Of a DNA stretch of 64,000 bases, positions 28,374 through 38,931 are shown piece by piece. The notes beneath the pieces are model-generated. The model did no database searches. It was not told the DNA's origin and saw only the letters and a program-made list of their open reading frames with translations. Every line of letters starts with the position of its first letter. Within the stretch, counting starts at the first letter, position 1. The position numbers were made by a program, and so were the translations under genes. The stretch is taken from NCBI GenBank assembly GCA_965203325.1, contig OZ241875.1, forward strand, positions 2,242,702 through 2,306,701, read 5' to 3'. Origin of the DNA: a bacterium (GTDB taxonomy: Bacteria > UBA8248).

Positions 28374-30056
28374 ATGGCCATCGCATCGGATGTGGAAATC
28401 GCGCAAGCCGCGAAGCTCAAACCCATCACGGAAATCGCCGAAGAACTGGGCCTGGGGCCGGAGGAGATAGAACTCTACGGCGCGCACAAGGCCAAGGTGA
28501 GCCTCGATGCGCTCGAACGCCGCAAGGACGCGCCGGACGGAAAACTCATCCTCGTCACCGCCATGACACCCACCCCGCTGGGCGAGGGCAAGACGCTCAC
28601 CACGGTGGGGCTCGGCCAGGCGCTGGCGCGGCTCGGCAAGAAAAGCGTCATCTGCGTGCGCGAACCCTCCCTCGGCCCCGTGTTCGGCATCAAGGGGGGC
28701 GCGGCCGGCGGCGGCATGTCCCAGGTGCTGCCGATGGAGGACATCAATCTCCACTTCACGGGCGACATCCACGCCGTCACCTCCGCGCACAACCTGCTCT
28801 CCACCCTGCTGGACGCGCACATATTCCACGGAAACGATCTCAGCCTGGACGTGAACCGCGTCACCTGGAAGCGCGTGCTGGACATGAACGACCGCGCGCT
28901 GCGCCACGTGCTCGTGGGTCTCGGCGGCAGGACGCACGGCGTGCCCAGGGAGGAGGGCTTCATGATCACGGCGGCGTCCGAAGTCATGGCCGTGCTGTGC
29001 CTCGCGCGCGACCCGCAGGACATGAAAGAGCGCATCGCGCGGGTCGTCGTCGGCTACACGCGGAAGGGCGCGCCCATCACCGCGGGCGATCTGAACGCCG
29101 CGGGCGCGATGGCCCTGCTCTTAAAAGACGCCATCAAGCCCAATCTGGTGCAGACGCTGGAGGGCTCGCCCGCCTTCGTCCACGGGGGGCCGTTCGGGAA
29201 CATCGCCCACGGCACGAACTCGCTCATCGCGGACAAGCTGGCGTTAAAGCTGGGCGACGTGATGGTGGTGGAGGCGGGATTCGGCTCCGACCTGGGTGCG
29301 GAGAAATTCTTCGACATCACCGCGCGCACGGGAGGCCTGAGCGTGGACGCGGTGGTGCTCGTCGCCACCGTCCGCGCGCTCAAGCTCCACGGGGGCGTTC
29401 CCTTCGACAAGGACGCGCTGGCGGAGGAGAACGTGGACGCCCTCGCGGAAGGCTTCGCGAATCTAAAGGTCCACATCGAGAACATCCAGAGCTTCGGCGC
29501 GCCCGTGGTGGTGGCCGTGAACCGCTTCGCTTCGGATACCGACGCCGAGATAGCGCGCGTGAAAGAGCTTTGCGCCGAGGCGGGAGCGCCGTGCCACGCG
29601 CATGAGCTTCACGCCAAAGGTGGCGAGGGGGGCGTAGAACTCGCCGGGACGGCTTTCGATCTCGCCGCCGCGAACGATTCACCCTACACCCCGCTTTATC
29701 CCCTCGATATGCCGCTCAAGGAAAAAATCGAGGCCATCGCGACGCGCATCTACCGCGCGGGTGCGGTGCGCTTCGAGCCGGGAGCGGCGCGCAGCCTGCG
29801 CTCCCTGACGAGGCTGGGCTACGGCGAGCTTCCGGTCTGCATCGCGAAGACGCAGGCTTCCCTCTCCGACGACCCCAAGCAGCCGGGCGCGCCCGAGGGC
29901 TTCATCCTGAACGTGCGCGAGGCCTACGTGTCCGCAGGGGCGGGGTTCGTCGTCGCCATCGCCGGGAACATCATGCAGATGCCCGGCCTCGCCAAAGTCC
30001 CCGCTTCGGCGGGAATGGACATCACGGCTGAGGGGAAGATTACGGGGCTGTTTTAG
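28374..30056 (+). CDS. fhs: Formate--tetrahydrofolate ligase
   Basis: Full-length FTHFS homology (PTPLGEGKTTT...). The start is probably ATG 28374 (MAIASDVEIAQ). Confidence 0.95.
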   Translation: MAIASDVEIAQAAKLKPITEIAEELGLGPEEIELYGAHKAKVSLDALERRKDAPDGKLILVTAMTPTPLGEGKTLTTVGLGQALARLGKKSVICVREPSLGPVFGIKGGAAGGGMSQVLPMEDINLHFTGDIHAVTSAHNLLSTLLDAHIFHGNDLSLDVNRVTWKRVLDMNDRALRHVLVGLGGRTHGVPREEGFMITAASEVMAVLCLARDPQDMKERIARVVVGYTRKGAPITAGDLNAAGAMALLLKDAIKPNLVQTLEGSPAFVHGGPFGNIAHGTNSLIADKLALKLGDVMVVEAGFGSDLGAEKFFDITARTGGLSVDAVVLVATVRALKLHGGVPFDKDALAEENVDALAEGFANLKVHIENIQSFGAPVVVAVNRFASDTDAEIARVKELCAEAGAPCHAHELHAKGGEGGVELAGTAFDLAAANDSPYTPLYPLDMPLKEKIEAIATRIYRAGAVRFEPGAARSLRSLTRLGYGELPVCIAKTQASLSDDPKQPGAPEGFILNVREAYVSAGAGFVVAIAGNIMQMPGLAKVPASAGMDITAEGKITGLF

Positions 30057-30108
30057 GGGGCACTCGTGACGCCCGGCGCGTGGAGCCGCAACCGGCAACG
30101 GCCTGGAA

Positions 30109-30522
30109 TTACCCCTCCCCGCTCAGCTCGTCCAGTTTGCTCTCGAGCCGGTCGATGACCTCGGCGGCGTCGGATGCCGCGTTGTAGTCCTGCGCGAGGT
30201 CGCCGTCGCCGCAGGGACTTTTCACGACGAAGAACACGGACTTCTCACCGATGGTGCGCCCGCCGTGGCGCGTGTTCCGGGGGATGTGGACGAGGTCGCC
30301 CGGCTCGACAACCCGCTCCTCATCGCCCACGATCACGAAGCGCTTCCCCTCCAGGACGAGGTAGAACTGCTCCTCGTTGGGGTGGTAGTGCGGCGTCGCG
30401 CCCTCGCCTTTCAGGTACGTCACAATACCCACCTTCATCAGTTCGCCGGGCACCGTCTTGGCGGTCGCGGGCGATATCGCGGCGCGGACCTCTTCCATCT
30501 CGGAAATCTTGTAGAACGGCAT
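30109..30522 (-). CDS. Cupin domain protein (paralog 1)
   Basis: HYHPNEEQFYLVLEG...GDLVHIP. Confidence 0.75.
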   Translation of the reverse strand: MPFYKISEMEEVRAAISPATAKTVPGELMKVGIVTYLKGEGATPHYHPNEEQFYLVLEGKRFVIVGDEERVVEPGDLVHIPRNTRHGGRTIGEKSVFFVVKSPCGDGDLAQDYNAASDAAEVIDRLESKLDELSGEG

Positions 30523-30533
30523 GATTTTCTCCT

Positions 30534-30938
30534 TTAGGTGTATTCGCTGAGTTTTTCTTGCAGGCGGCGGACGATCTCCTCGGCGTCCTCCGCGTCGTGG
30601 TGATCCTGATCGAGCCGTCCGTCGCCGGCGGGACTCTTGGCGGTGAACATGCGCACCTCGTCGATGATGACGCCGCCGTGCTTCGCCCCCCGCGGGATGT
30701 GGACGAGGTCGCCCGCGACGATCAGTCCCTCCTCATCGCCCACGATCATCCACTGCCTGCCTTCGAGGATGAAGAGGAACTGCTCCTCGTTCGGGTGGTA
30801 GTGGGGTCTCGACATCTTGCCCTTGGGATAGGTGACGAAGCCCACCTTCACCAACTCCCCCGCCAGCCCCTTGAAGCGGCCCATGGGCTGTGCGGCCACA
30901 TGCGATTCAACCATCTCGGATGCTCTGTAAAACGGCAT
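30534..30938 (-). CDS. Cupin domain protein (paralog 2)
   Basis: HYHPNEEQFLFILEG...GDLVHIP; tandem duplicate of the neighbour. Confidence 0.75.
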   Translation of the reverse strand: MPFYRASEMVESHVAAQPMGRFKGLAGELVKVGFVTYPKGKMSRPHYHPNEEQFLFILEGRQWMIVGDEEGLIVAGDLVHIPRGAKHGGVIIDEVRMFTAKSPAGDGRLDQDHHDAEDAEEIVRRLQEKLSEYT

Positions 30939-31195
30939 TTTAATACGTCTCCTCCTGTCTATTGCTCCCCATATTTCGTAGAGAGTACACGCCAGAACCC
31001 CTTGCCGGTTGGAGCAATCGGGCGCTCGGAAACCCTTTCATCTGCAACACCGGGTTCGCTCATTCTATAGAATCCGTCCGTTATACGCACGAGAACCACG
31101 TGGTGCGCTTGCGGGCAATTCGGGGATTCAAGAATGTGGTAATATCTCATTCGCAAGCCGCCGTTTCACGCAAGAACTCCCGGAGGAAGTTCCGC

Positions 31196-31765
31196 ATGCC
31201 CCGCCTTAACGCCCAAGGGCTCAAATGCTCCGCCGCCATTGCATTCGTCTTGTTTCTCTCCGGCTGCGCGGTCCAGACGTTCCCCACCATGGGCGTGCTG
31301 CGGGAGGGGCTGGCTTCCATGGTGGGCGCTCCCGTCGAGAGCCTCGTCCAGCAAATAGGGTATCCGGACAGCGACGTCAGCGTCGGCGGCCGGAAAGTCT
31401 ACACCTGGGACCACAGAAAAGCCTTCACCTACCTCGCGCCGGAGACCATCTGCCGGGATGAGATCGTGTTCCACCCCCGGGGCCGCCGCGAAGTGAGGAG
31501 AGTGTGTGAAACGCATCAGGTGGAGAAAACGGTGCTCCACCACTGCACGATCAAGGTGGAAGCCGACGAAGCGGAGAATATCATAGGGTTCAGCTTCGAC
31601 GGGAACGCGGACGGATGCGAACGCTTCGCCGTGGCCTTCCGAAACCTCCCCTACGAGGCGTGCATCCAGAAGCTCTCGGGGCTCAAGTTCGCGGTGAACA
31701 TCGGGACGGAACCGCAGGAGAAGCTGACCGCCGCCATCGCCCGGTGCGAGAGGCTGCACCGCTAG
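31196..31765 (+). CDS. Hypothetical lipoprotein
   Basis: Start ATG 31196 after GGAGGAAG; signal peptide and lipobox LSGC. Confidence 0.5.
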   Translation: MPRLNAQGLKCSAAIAFVLFLSGCAVQTFPTMGVLREGLASMVGAPVESLVQQIGYPDSDVSVGGRKVYTWDHRKAFTYLAPETICRDEIVFHPRGRREVRRVCETHQVEKTVLHHCTIKVEADEAENIIGFSFDGNADGCERFAVAFRNLPYEACIQKLSGLKFAVNIGTEPQEKLTAAIARCERLHR

Positions 31766-31795
31766 GCATCGCTCGTTACGAAGACTCCCGAATTC

Positions 31796-33190
31796 TCACG
31801 CCGTCTGACCCGCCGTCTCCTCCCGCGCGCCCGCGCCGCCTAAAAGACGCATCAGGGAATCGATCTCGGGTTCCGCTTCCAGCGATTCCAGACGCGAGAG
31901 AACCTCTTCGTACTCCTCTGCTTCAAGAGCGGATTTCGCGCAATCGCGGAATTTGGAGCGTATCTTCTCATTCTCCATCGGCCAGAGCGCACAGCCGCGT
32001 GAGACGTCCGTTCTCTTTTTGAGGGTGCGTCCATCGTTCAGAAAAACGCGCACCTCGCTCGGCTTGCGCATGCCGGGCCGCCAGCCCATATCGTCTGTGC
32101 TCACGTGAACTCGCCCCATCCACTCCTGGAGCAAGGGTTTTTGCACCGCTTCGTCCGTGAAGGTCTCCAGGCGCAAGTCCCTATCCAGCAACATGCGCGC
32201 AAGGCAATACTCGATGGAGAACTTGCCCTCCAGCCCCGTCTGGGGCGCGTGATAGCGAAGCACCTGCGTGGCGATCTCGACCAAGGAGACTTCGATGCGC
32301 GCGACGTCCGCCGCCGAAACGCCCGCCTCCTCCACCAGGTCGTAGAGCGCATCCACCGCCGGGTGGGTCGAGAGGCAGCACGGGTAGGGCTTCATGTTCA
32401 TGCCCGGCTCCGCCAGGGCGTAGGGTCGCCCGAGGCTCTCGATGATCGCCTCGCCATCAGGGGAGCCGCCGCCCGCGTATACGTCGAAAAATCCGCGCGG
32501 GGCTTCGAGAATCGTCGTGCTCGCCGTGAGGCCCGCCGCCGCGAGTTCCGCCGCGCGAAGGCCGGCCTCGGGCGCAAGCCCTGCGTGGAGCGGCTTCGTC
32601 ATGGTGCCGAAGTTCGCGTGAACGCCCGAGGCGTGAGAGGCCGCGATGCCGAGCGCGTGGCGCGTCGTCTCGGCGTCGAACCCGCGCAGGTGGGCGGTCG
32701 CCGCCGCCGCGCCCATCGTGCCGAGCGTGCAGGTGGAATGCCAGCCCGCTCCGTAGTGTTCGGGATTCATGCCCTCGCCCAGCTTCGTCGAAATCTCGTA
32801 GCCGATGATGAAGGCCTCCAGAACTTCGCGGCCGGACGCTCCCTGCACTTCCCCTTGCGCCAGGACGGCGGGCAACAAGACCACGCTGGGGTGGCCGTTC
32901 AGCAGGTAGCTCGAATCGTCGAAATCGAGCGCGTGGCCCAATGCCCCGTTGACGAGGGCGGCCATCGGCGCTGCGGCGCGGGCGTTCATCCCGATAATGC
33001 TCGCCTCGGGCGCGCCGCCCATTTTCCGCGCGAAATCGGCCACGATGCGCCCGACGGGCTCATCCACACCCGCCAGCGTCACGCCCACGGTGTCGACCAC
33101 CGCCTTTTTCGCGCGCTCGACCACCAGTGCTGGAAAATCCGACCACTTCGTCTCGACGATGAATTCCGCCATCCGTTCGGTAACGCTCAT
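31796..33190 (-). CDS. MmgE/PrpD family protein
   Basis: Family-wide similarity; the start is probably MSVTERMAEF. Confidence 0.8.
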   Translation of the reverse strand: MSVTERMAEFIVETKWSDFPALVVERAKKAVVDTVGVTLAGVDEPVGRIVADFARKMGGAPEASIIGMNARAAAPMAALVNGALGHALDFDDSSYLLNGHPSVVLLPAVLAQGEVQGASGREVLEAFIIGYEISTKLGEGMNPEHYGAGWHSTCTLGTMGAAAATAHLRGFDAETTRHALGIAASHASGVHANFGTMTKPLHAGLAPEAGLRAAELAAAGLTASTTILEAPRGFFDVYAGGGSPDGEAIIESLGRPYALAEPGMNMKPYPCCLSTHPAVDALYDLVEEAGVSAADVARIEVSLVEIATQVLRYHAPQTGLEGKFSIEYCLARMLLDRDLRLETFTDEAVQKPLLQEWMGRVHVSTDDMGWRPGMRKPSEVRVFLNDGRTLKKRTDVSRGCALWPMENEKIRSKFRDCAKSALEAEEYEEVLSRLESLEAEPEIDSLMRLLGGAGAREETAGQTA

Positions 33191-33254
33191 GTACGCCTCC
33201 TCGTTCAGGCGCCTCGGGGCGCCGCTCAACCCTGCGATAGTTCTCCCGGCATCC

Positions 33255-34350
33255 TTATCTCAAAGACCCGCCTTTGATCGCGTTGATCGAGGCGGGGTCG
33301 ATGGAAACGTGAATCGTGGCCCCCGATTCGAGTATCGGCAACCGGTGCCCGTGGACGCGGATTTTCTGGCCGGAGGCAGACAGCCAAAGCTCCAGCACGC
33401 CGCCCATGTACACCGCCTTGTCGACGCTGCACTCGATGACGTTCGGGGTCCCCTCGGGAGGTGCCTCCGTGCTTGCGACGCAATCCTCGGGCCGGATGGA
33501 AAGCATAACTTTCTCACCTTCCGACACGCCGGCGGTTCTGCACAGCAGCGTCACCTCGCCGACCTTCACCGCCGTCTGCGCTTCGCCCACGCCTGCGGCG
33601 ACGACTTCGCCTTCCAGGAAGTTCGAGATGCCGACGAAACCGGCGACGAACTGGTTGGCGGGGTTCTGGTAGACGTCGCTCGGCGAGCCCATCTGCTCGA
33701 TGCGCCCCTCGTTCATGACCACGATGATGTCGCTCATGACCATGGCCTCGACCTGGTCGTGGGTGACGAATATGGTGGTGATGCCGGATTCGGTTTGCAG
33801 TTCCTTGAGTTCCAGGCGCATCTCCTCGCGCAGCGCCGCGTCGAGGTTCGAGAGGGGTTCGTCGAGGAGCAGCACGTCGGGCTCGTACACCAGCGCGCGG
33901 GCGAAGGCGACGCGCTGCTGCTGGCCGCCCGAGAGCTGCGATGGGTAGCGCTCCCCCAGGCCCTCGAGCCGCACGAGGCCCAGGGCGCGCTCCACGGCGC
34001 CCGCGATTTCGCTTTTCGGCGTCTTGCGCATCTGCAGGCCGAAGGCGACGTTGTCACGCACCCGCAAGTGCGGCCACAGCCCGTAGGACTGAAACACCAT
34101 GCCGAGGTTTCGCTTGTGCGCCGGCACCAGCACGTTCTCGGACGCGCTCGATATGAGCCTCTCGCCGACGTGGACGTCGCCGTCATCAGGGGTCTCGAAA
34201 CCGGCGATGATGTTCAGGGTGGTCGTCTTGCCGCAGCCGCTCGGCCCCAGCAGGGTCAGCAGCTTGCCCTTGGGCACCTCGAAGGAAATCCCGCCGACGG
34301 CGACCACGTCGCCGAATCTCTTGACCAGTTTCTCGACCCGTACGTTTTGC
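33255..34350 (-). CDS. ABC transporter ATP-binding protein (PotA/FbpC-like)
   Basis: Walker A GPSGCGKTT, signature LSGGQQQRV, Walker B LLLDEP, and a C-terminal TOBE domain. Confidence 0.9.
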
Positions 34351-34351
34351 A

Positions 34352-36076
34352 TCAGGTGAGGCCCTCCACGTCCGTTTGTTTCGTGAGCCAGCGCACCAGC
34401 GCAACAGAACCCAGCGACAGGATAACAATGATGAGCGAGAGAATGCACACGTGCGAGAAGAGTCCTTCGTCGTAGAGCTGGATGAGAATTGTGCTGATCA
34501 CCTCCTTGTTCGAGCTGAACAGCATGATCGAGGCGGACAGTTCGCGCATCATCGATACGAACAGGATGATCCAGCCGGCGACGATGCCCGGCATGGCCAG
34601 GGGCACGAGGATCTTCCAGAAGACGACGCCCCAGTTCGCGCCGCTCACCGCGGCGGCGCGTTCCAGCTCCTCATGGATTTGCGTGATGGAATTCGAAACC
34701 GCCCGAACGCCGAACGGCAGGAAGCGCGTGATGTAGGCGATGAGGATGATCCACAGCGTGTGATACAGGTTGAACGGCTCGCGGATGTAGGCCCAGAGCA
34801 TGGCGATGGCGATGACCGCGCCCGGAATGGCCACCGGGATGAGGGCGAGGAAATCGAGCGTTCCCCGGCCCTTCCAGGTGCTGCGGACCACGAAGTAGGC
34901 GACCACGGCGGAGAGCGCGATGCCGATAGTAGCGCCCATGAAACTGAGAAGCAGACTGTTCTGGATGGACCGGAGGATGACCGCGCCCCCGTCTCCGGTG
35001 ATGATCTCCACCAGATGGCCCAGCGTGAGGTATTCCAGGGTCGGGGGGCGTCCGCGGTTGGAGATGAACGTGCCGTAGATGAGCGTCAGCACCGGCAGGA
35101 TCGCCGACACCAGAAGGTAGAAGGCGGCGAAGCTCAGTGAGACGTATTTCCACGGGCCCAGCTCCACGAGCCTCGGCCGGAAGCTCTTGCCCGCGACCGT
35201 GGTGTACCTGGCGCTTCGCCCCAGCGCCCGGGTCTGCCCCCAGAGCGCCAGCCCGCAAACCAGCAGGATGGGGATCGACAGGGCGGCGGCGTGCGAGAAG
35301 TTCGGCGGGATGCCGAGCATCATGCGCCAGAGCTGGGTTGAGAACACGTATATGCCGCCCGAGACGCCGATGGTCGCCGGTATGGCGAAAACCTCCAGCG
35401 ACTGGATGAACGTGAGCAGCGCGCCGGAGAGTATGGCCGGCGCCGCCATGGGCAGCGTGATCCAAATCGTCGTTTGCCACTGGTTCGCGCCGCTGACGTG
35501 GGCGGCGTTCTCGAGCGTCGGGTCCATGTTCTTGAACGCCGTGACCGTGAAGATGAACACGTAGGGCGCCAGCGAGAGCGCCATCACGAAGATGAGCCCG
35601 CCCATGGTGAAGATGTCGAACAGCGGCTCTTTGGTGCCGACCAGCCACTTCCAGAACAGGTTCACGAAGCCCACGCGCGGCGTGCCGAGATAGGCCCAGG
35701 CCACCGCCACCACCACGGGCGGCATGATGAAGGGCAGAATCGCTATCATGTTGATGTAGTTCTTGAGCGGCGTGTCGGTGCGCCCGACGATCCAGGCGAG
35801 GGGAACGCCGATCAGGACGGAGAGGCTCGTGACCCCGACCGACATGACGGCGGTGTTCCACAACACCTCGCCCATGTACTCTTCTTCGAAGATGGCGAAG
35901 TAGGCGTCGAGGGTGAAGTCCGTGCTTATCGGGTCGGGCCGGAAGCTGCCCAGTACCAGCCAGAACAGCGGGTACAGCACGATGAAGCCGATGACGAGAA
36001 GACATCCCCATTCGAGTACCCGTACGGTGCCTGGAAGCCTGAACATGGCAAACGAACGGGGACGCATCTCTGTCAT
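34352..36076 (-). CDS. ABC transporter permease (fused two-domain, FbpB-like)
   Basis: 574 aa, ~12 TM, two EAA-like loops; its stop overlaps the ATPase start. Confidence 0.85.
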   Translation of the reverse strand: MTEMRPRSFAMFRLPGTVRVLEWGCLLVIGFIVLYPLFWLVLGSFRPDPISTDFTLDAYFAIFEEEYMGEVLWNTAVMSVGVTSLSVLIGVPLAWIVGRTDTPLKNYINMIAILPFIMPPVVVAVAWAYLGTPRVGFVNLFWKWLVGTKEPLFDIFTMGGLIFVMALSLAPYVFIFTVTAFKNMDPTLENAAHVSGANQWQTTIWITLPMAAPAILSGALLTFIQSLEVFAIPATIGVSGGIYVFSTQLWRMMLGIPPNFSHAAALSIPILLVCGLALWGQTRALGRSARYTTVAGKSFRPRLVELGPWKYVSLSFAAFYLLVSAILPVLTLIYGTFISNRGRPPTLEYLTLGHLVEIITGDGGAVILRSIQNSLLLSFMGATIGIALSAVVAYFVVRSTWKGRGTLDFLALIPVAIPGAVIAIAMLWAYIREPFNLYHTLWIILIAYITRFLPFGVRAVSNSITQIHEELERAAAVSGANWGVVFWKILVPLAMPGIVAGWIILFVSMMRELSASIMLFSSNKEVISTILIQLYDEGLFSHVCILSLIIVILSLGSVALVRWLTKQTDVEGLT

Positions 36077-36094
36077 CGACCGGTCCGAAGCCGG

Positions 36095-37105
36095 TTATTT
36101 CTTTCTCTTCGCTTCACGAATGTGCTTGGTCATGAAGGCGCGGTATTTCTTCTGATCCTTGAACACCTTCTCCCAGTTCGCATACAGCGGCTTGAAGGGG
36201 TAAGGGATGCCCTTCACGTGCGGCACGTCCGAACGCGCGGAGTTGATCTTCACGTCCTGGGTGATGACCGTCTGGCCTTCCTTGGAGAGGATCCAGCGGT
36301 ATACGCGCTCCGCGTTCTTGGGGTTCGGGCCGTCCTTGATCATCCCGAACGAAGCGGGGATGACCGGCGTACCCTCGGCCATCTTGGCGATCTTGATCTT
36401 CGCACCCTTGTTGATGCGCCGGATGGCGATGTATTCGAACACCATCGTCACGTCGCGCTCGCCGGTGGCGACGCGCTCGGTGGAGGCGCCCATGCGCGAT
36501 TGCACCAGCGCGCCGTTATAGAGCAGGCCCTTGATGTATTCTTCGCCGAAACCATCCGCGCCGTAGAAGAAATCCCACAGGCCTGCGGACTGGAACGGGT
36601 CGACGAGCACGAGACGGTTCTTCCACTTGGGCTTCGTCAGTTCCGCGAAACTCTTCGGCGCCTCGCCGGGCTTCACGTTGTCGGTGTTGTAGATGACCTG
36701 CAGCGTCGGCGCGCGCAGCCCCACCCACTGGGCCTTTTCGTCCTTGCCCCATGCCGGGAATTTCTTGGCCTCGGGGAACTGCGTCACGTTCTTCACGTAG
36801 CCTCTCTTGGCGAGGTCGTACCAGCCCGGCGTGTAGCTGAAGTGCAGCAGGTCGATCTTGCCCTTGCCCACGCTGCGCTCGGCCACGAAACGCTGATAGA
36901 GGCTGACGCCGCCCGCGGTGATGGACTGCACCTTGATGTCCGGGAATTTCTTCTCGATGCCCTTCACCAGAGTGGCCTGTGCGGCGGTGGTGAGCGAGGA
37001 GTAGAAGATGAGGTTGGCTTTTTGCGCCACGGCTGCGTGGGATGTGAACGCCACGAACCCGGCAATCAGCAAAATCACGAGAATCGACTTGATGGAACGT
37101 TTCAT
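36095..37105 (-). CDS. ABC transporter substrate-binding protein (iron(III)/polyamine-type SBP)
   Basis: Signal peptide; SBP_bac_1-like fold. Confidence 0.8.
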   Translation of the reverse strand: MKRSIKSILVILLIAGFVAFTSHAAVAQKANLIFYSSLTTAAQATLVKGIEKKFPDIKVQSITAGGVSLYQRFVAERSVGKGKIDLLHFSYTPGWYDLAKRGYVKNVTQFPEAKKFPAWGKDEKAQWVGLRAPTLQVIYNTDNVKPGEAPKSFAELTKPKWKNRLVLVDPFQSAGLWDFFYGADGFGEEYIKGLLYNGALVQSRMGASTERVATGERDVTMVFEYIAIRRINKGAKIKIAKMAEGTPVIPASFGMIKDGPNPKNAERVYRWILSKEGQTVITQDVKINSARSDVPHVKGIPYPFKPLYANWEKVFKDQKKYRAFMTKHIREAKRKK

Positions 37106-37371
37106 ATTTGCTTCTCCTTTTACGGTGAAACGGATTTCCCAAGAACAAGTCTGACGAGAACTCGTTCGCTGCGAGTTTTTCCGACGCGGTTACGCTGCTC
37201 CCCAAATTTTGCGATTGGATTCATTAGAGCAGGTTCGAAGGGTCGGGTCAAACCATCTGACGGCAGGGCGAAGCAGTCTCCCGAAGGAGCCGTTGAAAAC
37301 CCGGTGAGCCGCCCCTGCCAGGATCGCTCCCCATCCAGGAGAATTCCAAATCCGCTTCCCTCTTGGAAGGC

Positions 37372-37499
37372 TTGTTGAAAAAGTCCCCGTCGGGGGACAT
37401 TGTCTTTAGAGGGAAGGCCGCTTTCGCGCGAACCCCCGACTTCCCTCTTTGAAAGCAACCCCCCTACCCCCCCTTGTCAGGGACTTTTTCAACAACCCC
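37372..37499. repeat. Composite repeat: family-C inverted arms TTGTTGAAAAAGTCCCC ... GGGACTTTTTCAACAACCCC enclosing a family-B arm
   Basis: Direct reading. Confidence 0.7.
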
Positions 37500-37596
37500 G
37501 TTTCGGGGCGCGAGTTGACCTGAGCGATCGCGTGCTCTAGTTTCCTCGCCATTACCCGTGGATCCGCGATCAAGGGATAAAACGAAGGAATGGAAG

Positions 37597-38547
37597 ATGA
37601 AAACGAAATTCGGCGTTAGCTTCACCATGCACCCCGAGCGCATCTTCACGCCCGAGGAAATGTATGCGTTCGCAGAATCCGCCGAAACGCTCGGTTATGA
37701 CGCCTTGTGGATTGGGGATCACATCTCCTTTTACGGCCACTACACCGAGAGCCTCACCACGCTGGCCGCCTTCGCGGCCCGCACCAGCCGCATCACGCTG
37801 GGCGTAGGCGTATATCTCCTGCCGCTGAGACGTCCCGCCATCGCCGCCAAGACCGCGGCCACGGTGGACTACCTGACGGGCGGAGGGCGCTTCATCTTCG
37901 GCGTCGGCGTAGGTGGTGAGGGAAAAACCGAGTTCGAGCTTTGCGGCGTGAACGTCAAAGAGCGCGGCGCGAGAACGAACGAGTCCATCGAAATCGTGCG
38001 AAAGCTCTGGAGCGGCGAGGCGGTGAGCCACGAGGGACGCTTCTGGCGTTTTCAGGATGCGCGCCAGACGCCCGCCCCGCTCACGCCCGGCGGGCCTCCC
38101 ATCTGGGTGGGCGGCCGCAGCGACGCCGCCCGCAGAAGAGCCGCGCTCATGGGCGAGGGCTATGTCTCCTACATGTTCTCGGCGCCGCGCTTCGCCAAAG
38201 GGCTGGAAGACATGAAGCGATGGGCGGAAGAAGCGGGCAAGCCCCTCGACATCGAAGGAGGCGCGTGGACGCCGGCGCACCATGCATTCATATACGTTCA
38301 TGAGGACGCGGAGCACGCCCTGCGCGAGGGCATCCGGAATCTGTCGAGGCGCTACAACATGGATTTTGACGGCATCGCCCAAAAGTATTTATTCTATGGG
38401 CCGCGCGAGCGTTGCCTGGAGCAGATAGCGGAATTCCAGCAGGCGGGTGCGAGACACTTCATCTTCAAGCACGCGGGTCCCGCGGATGAGGAGATGGATC
38501 AGATGGCGCTATTGGCGGAAGAGGTGATCCCGGAGGCGAGAGATTGA
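37597..38547 (+). CDS. LLM-class flavin/F420-dependent oxidoreductase
   Basis: Luciferase-like TIM-barrel signature; start ATG 37597 after AAGGAA. Confidence 0.85.
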   Translation: MKTKFGVSFTMHPERIFTPEEMYAFAESAETLGYDALWIGDHISFYGHYTESLTTLAAFAARTSRITLGVGVYLLPLRRPAIAAKTAATVDYLTGGGRFIFGVGVGGEGKTEFELCGVNVKERGARTNESIEIVRKLWSGEAVSHEGRFWRFQDARQTPAPLTPGGPPIWVGGRSDAARRRAALMGEGYVSYMFSAPRFAKGLEDMKRWAEEAGKPLDIEGGAWTPAHHAFIYVHEDAEHALREGIRNLSRRYNMDFDGIAQKYLFYGPRERCLEQIAEFQQAGARHFIFKHAGPADEEMDQMALLAEEVIPEARD

Positions 38548-38909
38548 GCGAGGCGAAAAAAACAGGCCTCAAATGGCCCGTATGCACCGTCCTGATTCTC
38601 GCGCTCCTGGGCGGGATGATCTACTGGGGCTACACGGCCTTCCAGGCCGAACAGGCCATCACGCAGGCGCGGGTGGTCCCGCTCGCGCCGAAAGCGCCCG
38701 GAGCCGCGCCGGGCGCGAACGCTCCGCCCGTCGCCTACCGTTCCTTGCCCCCGTATTTCGTGGAGGGTTTCGCCCTCGTCATGGCGGCCATCATGGGCGC
38801 CATCATCTACTTCTGGTGGTCGCTCAAGGATCTGGAGGGCGGCAAACGCTACGGCGAGGAAGAAGCCGAGGAACCGGCCCCTGATTCGGATAAAGTCTCC
38901 ACGCCGTAA
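38544..38909 (+). CDS. Small membrane protein, coupled to the LLM gene
   Basis: Two TM helices; the TTG start overlaps the upstream stop. Confidence 0.35.
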   Translation: MSEAKKTGLKWPVCTVLILALLGGMIYWGYTAFQAEQAITQARVVPLAPKAPGAAPGANAPPVAYRSLPPYFVEGFALVMAAIMGAIIYFWWSLKDLEGGKRYGEEEAEEPAPDSDKVSTP

Positions 38910-38931
38910 GAATTTTTAAGTCTTATAAACC

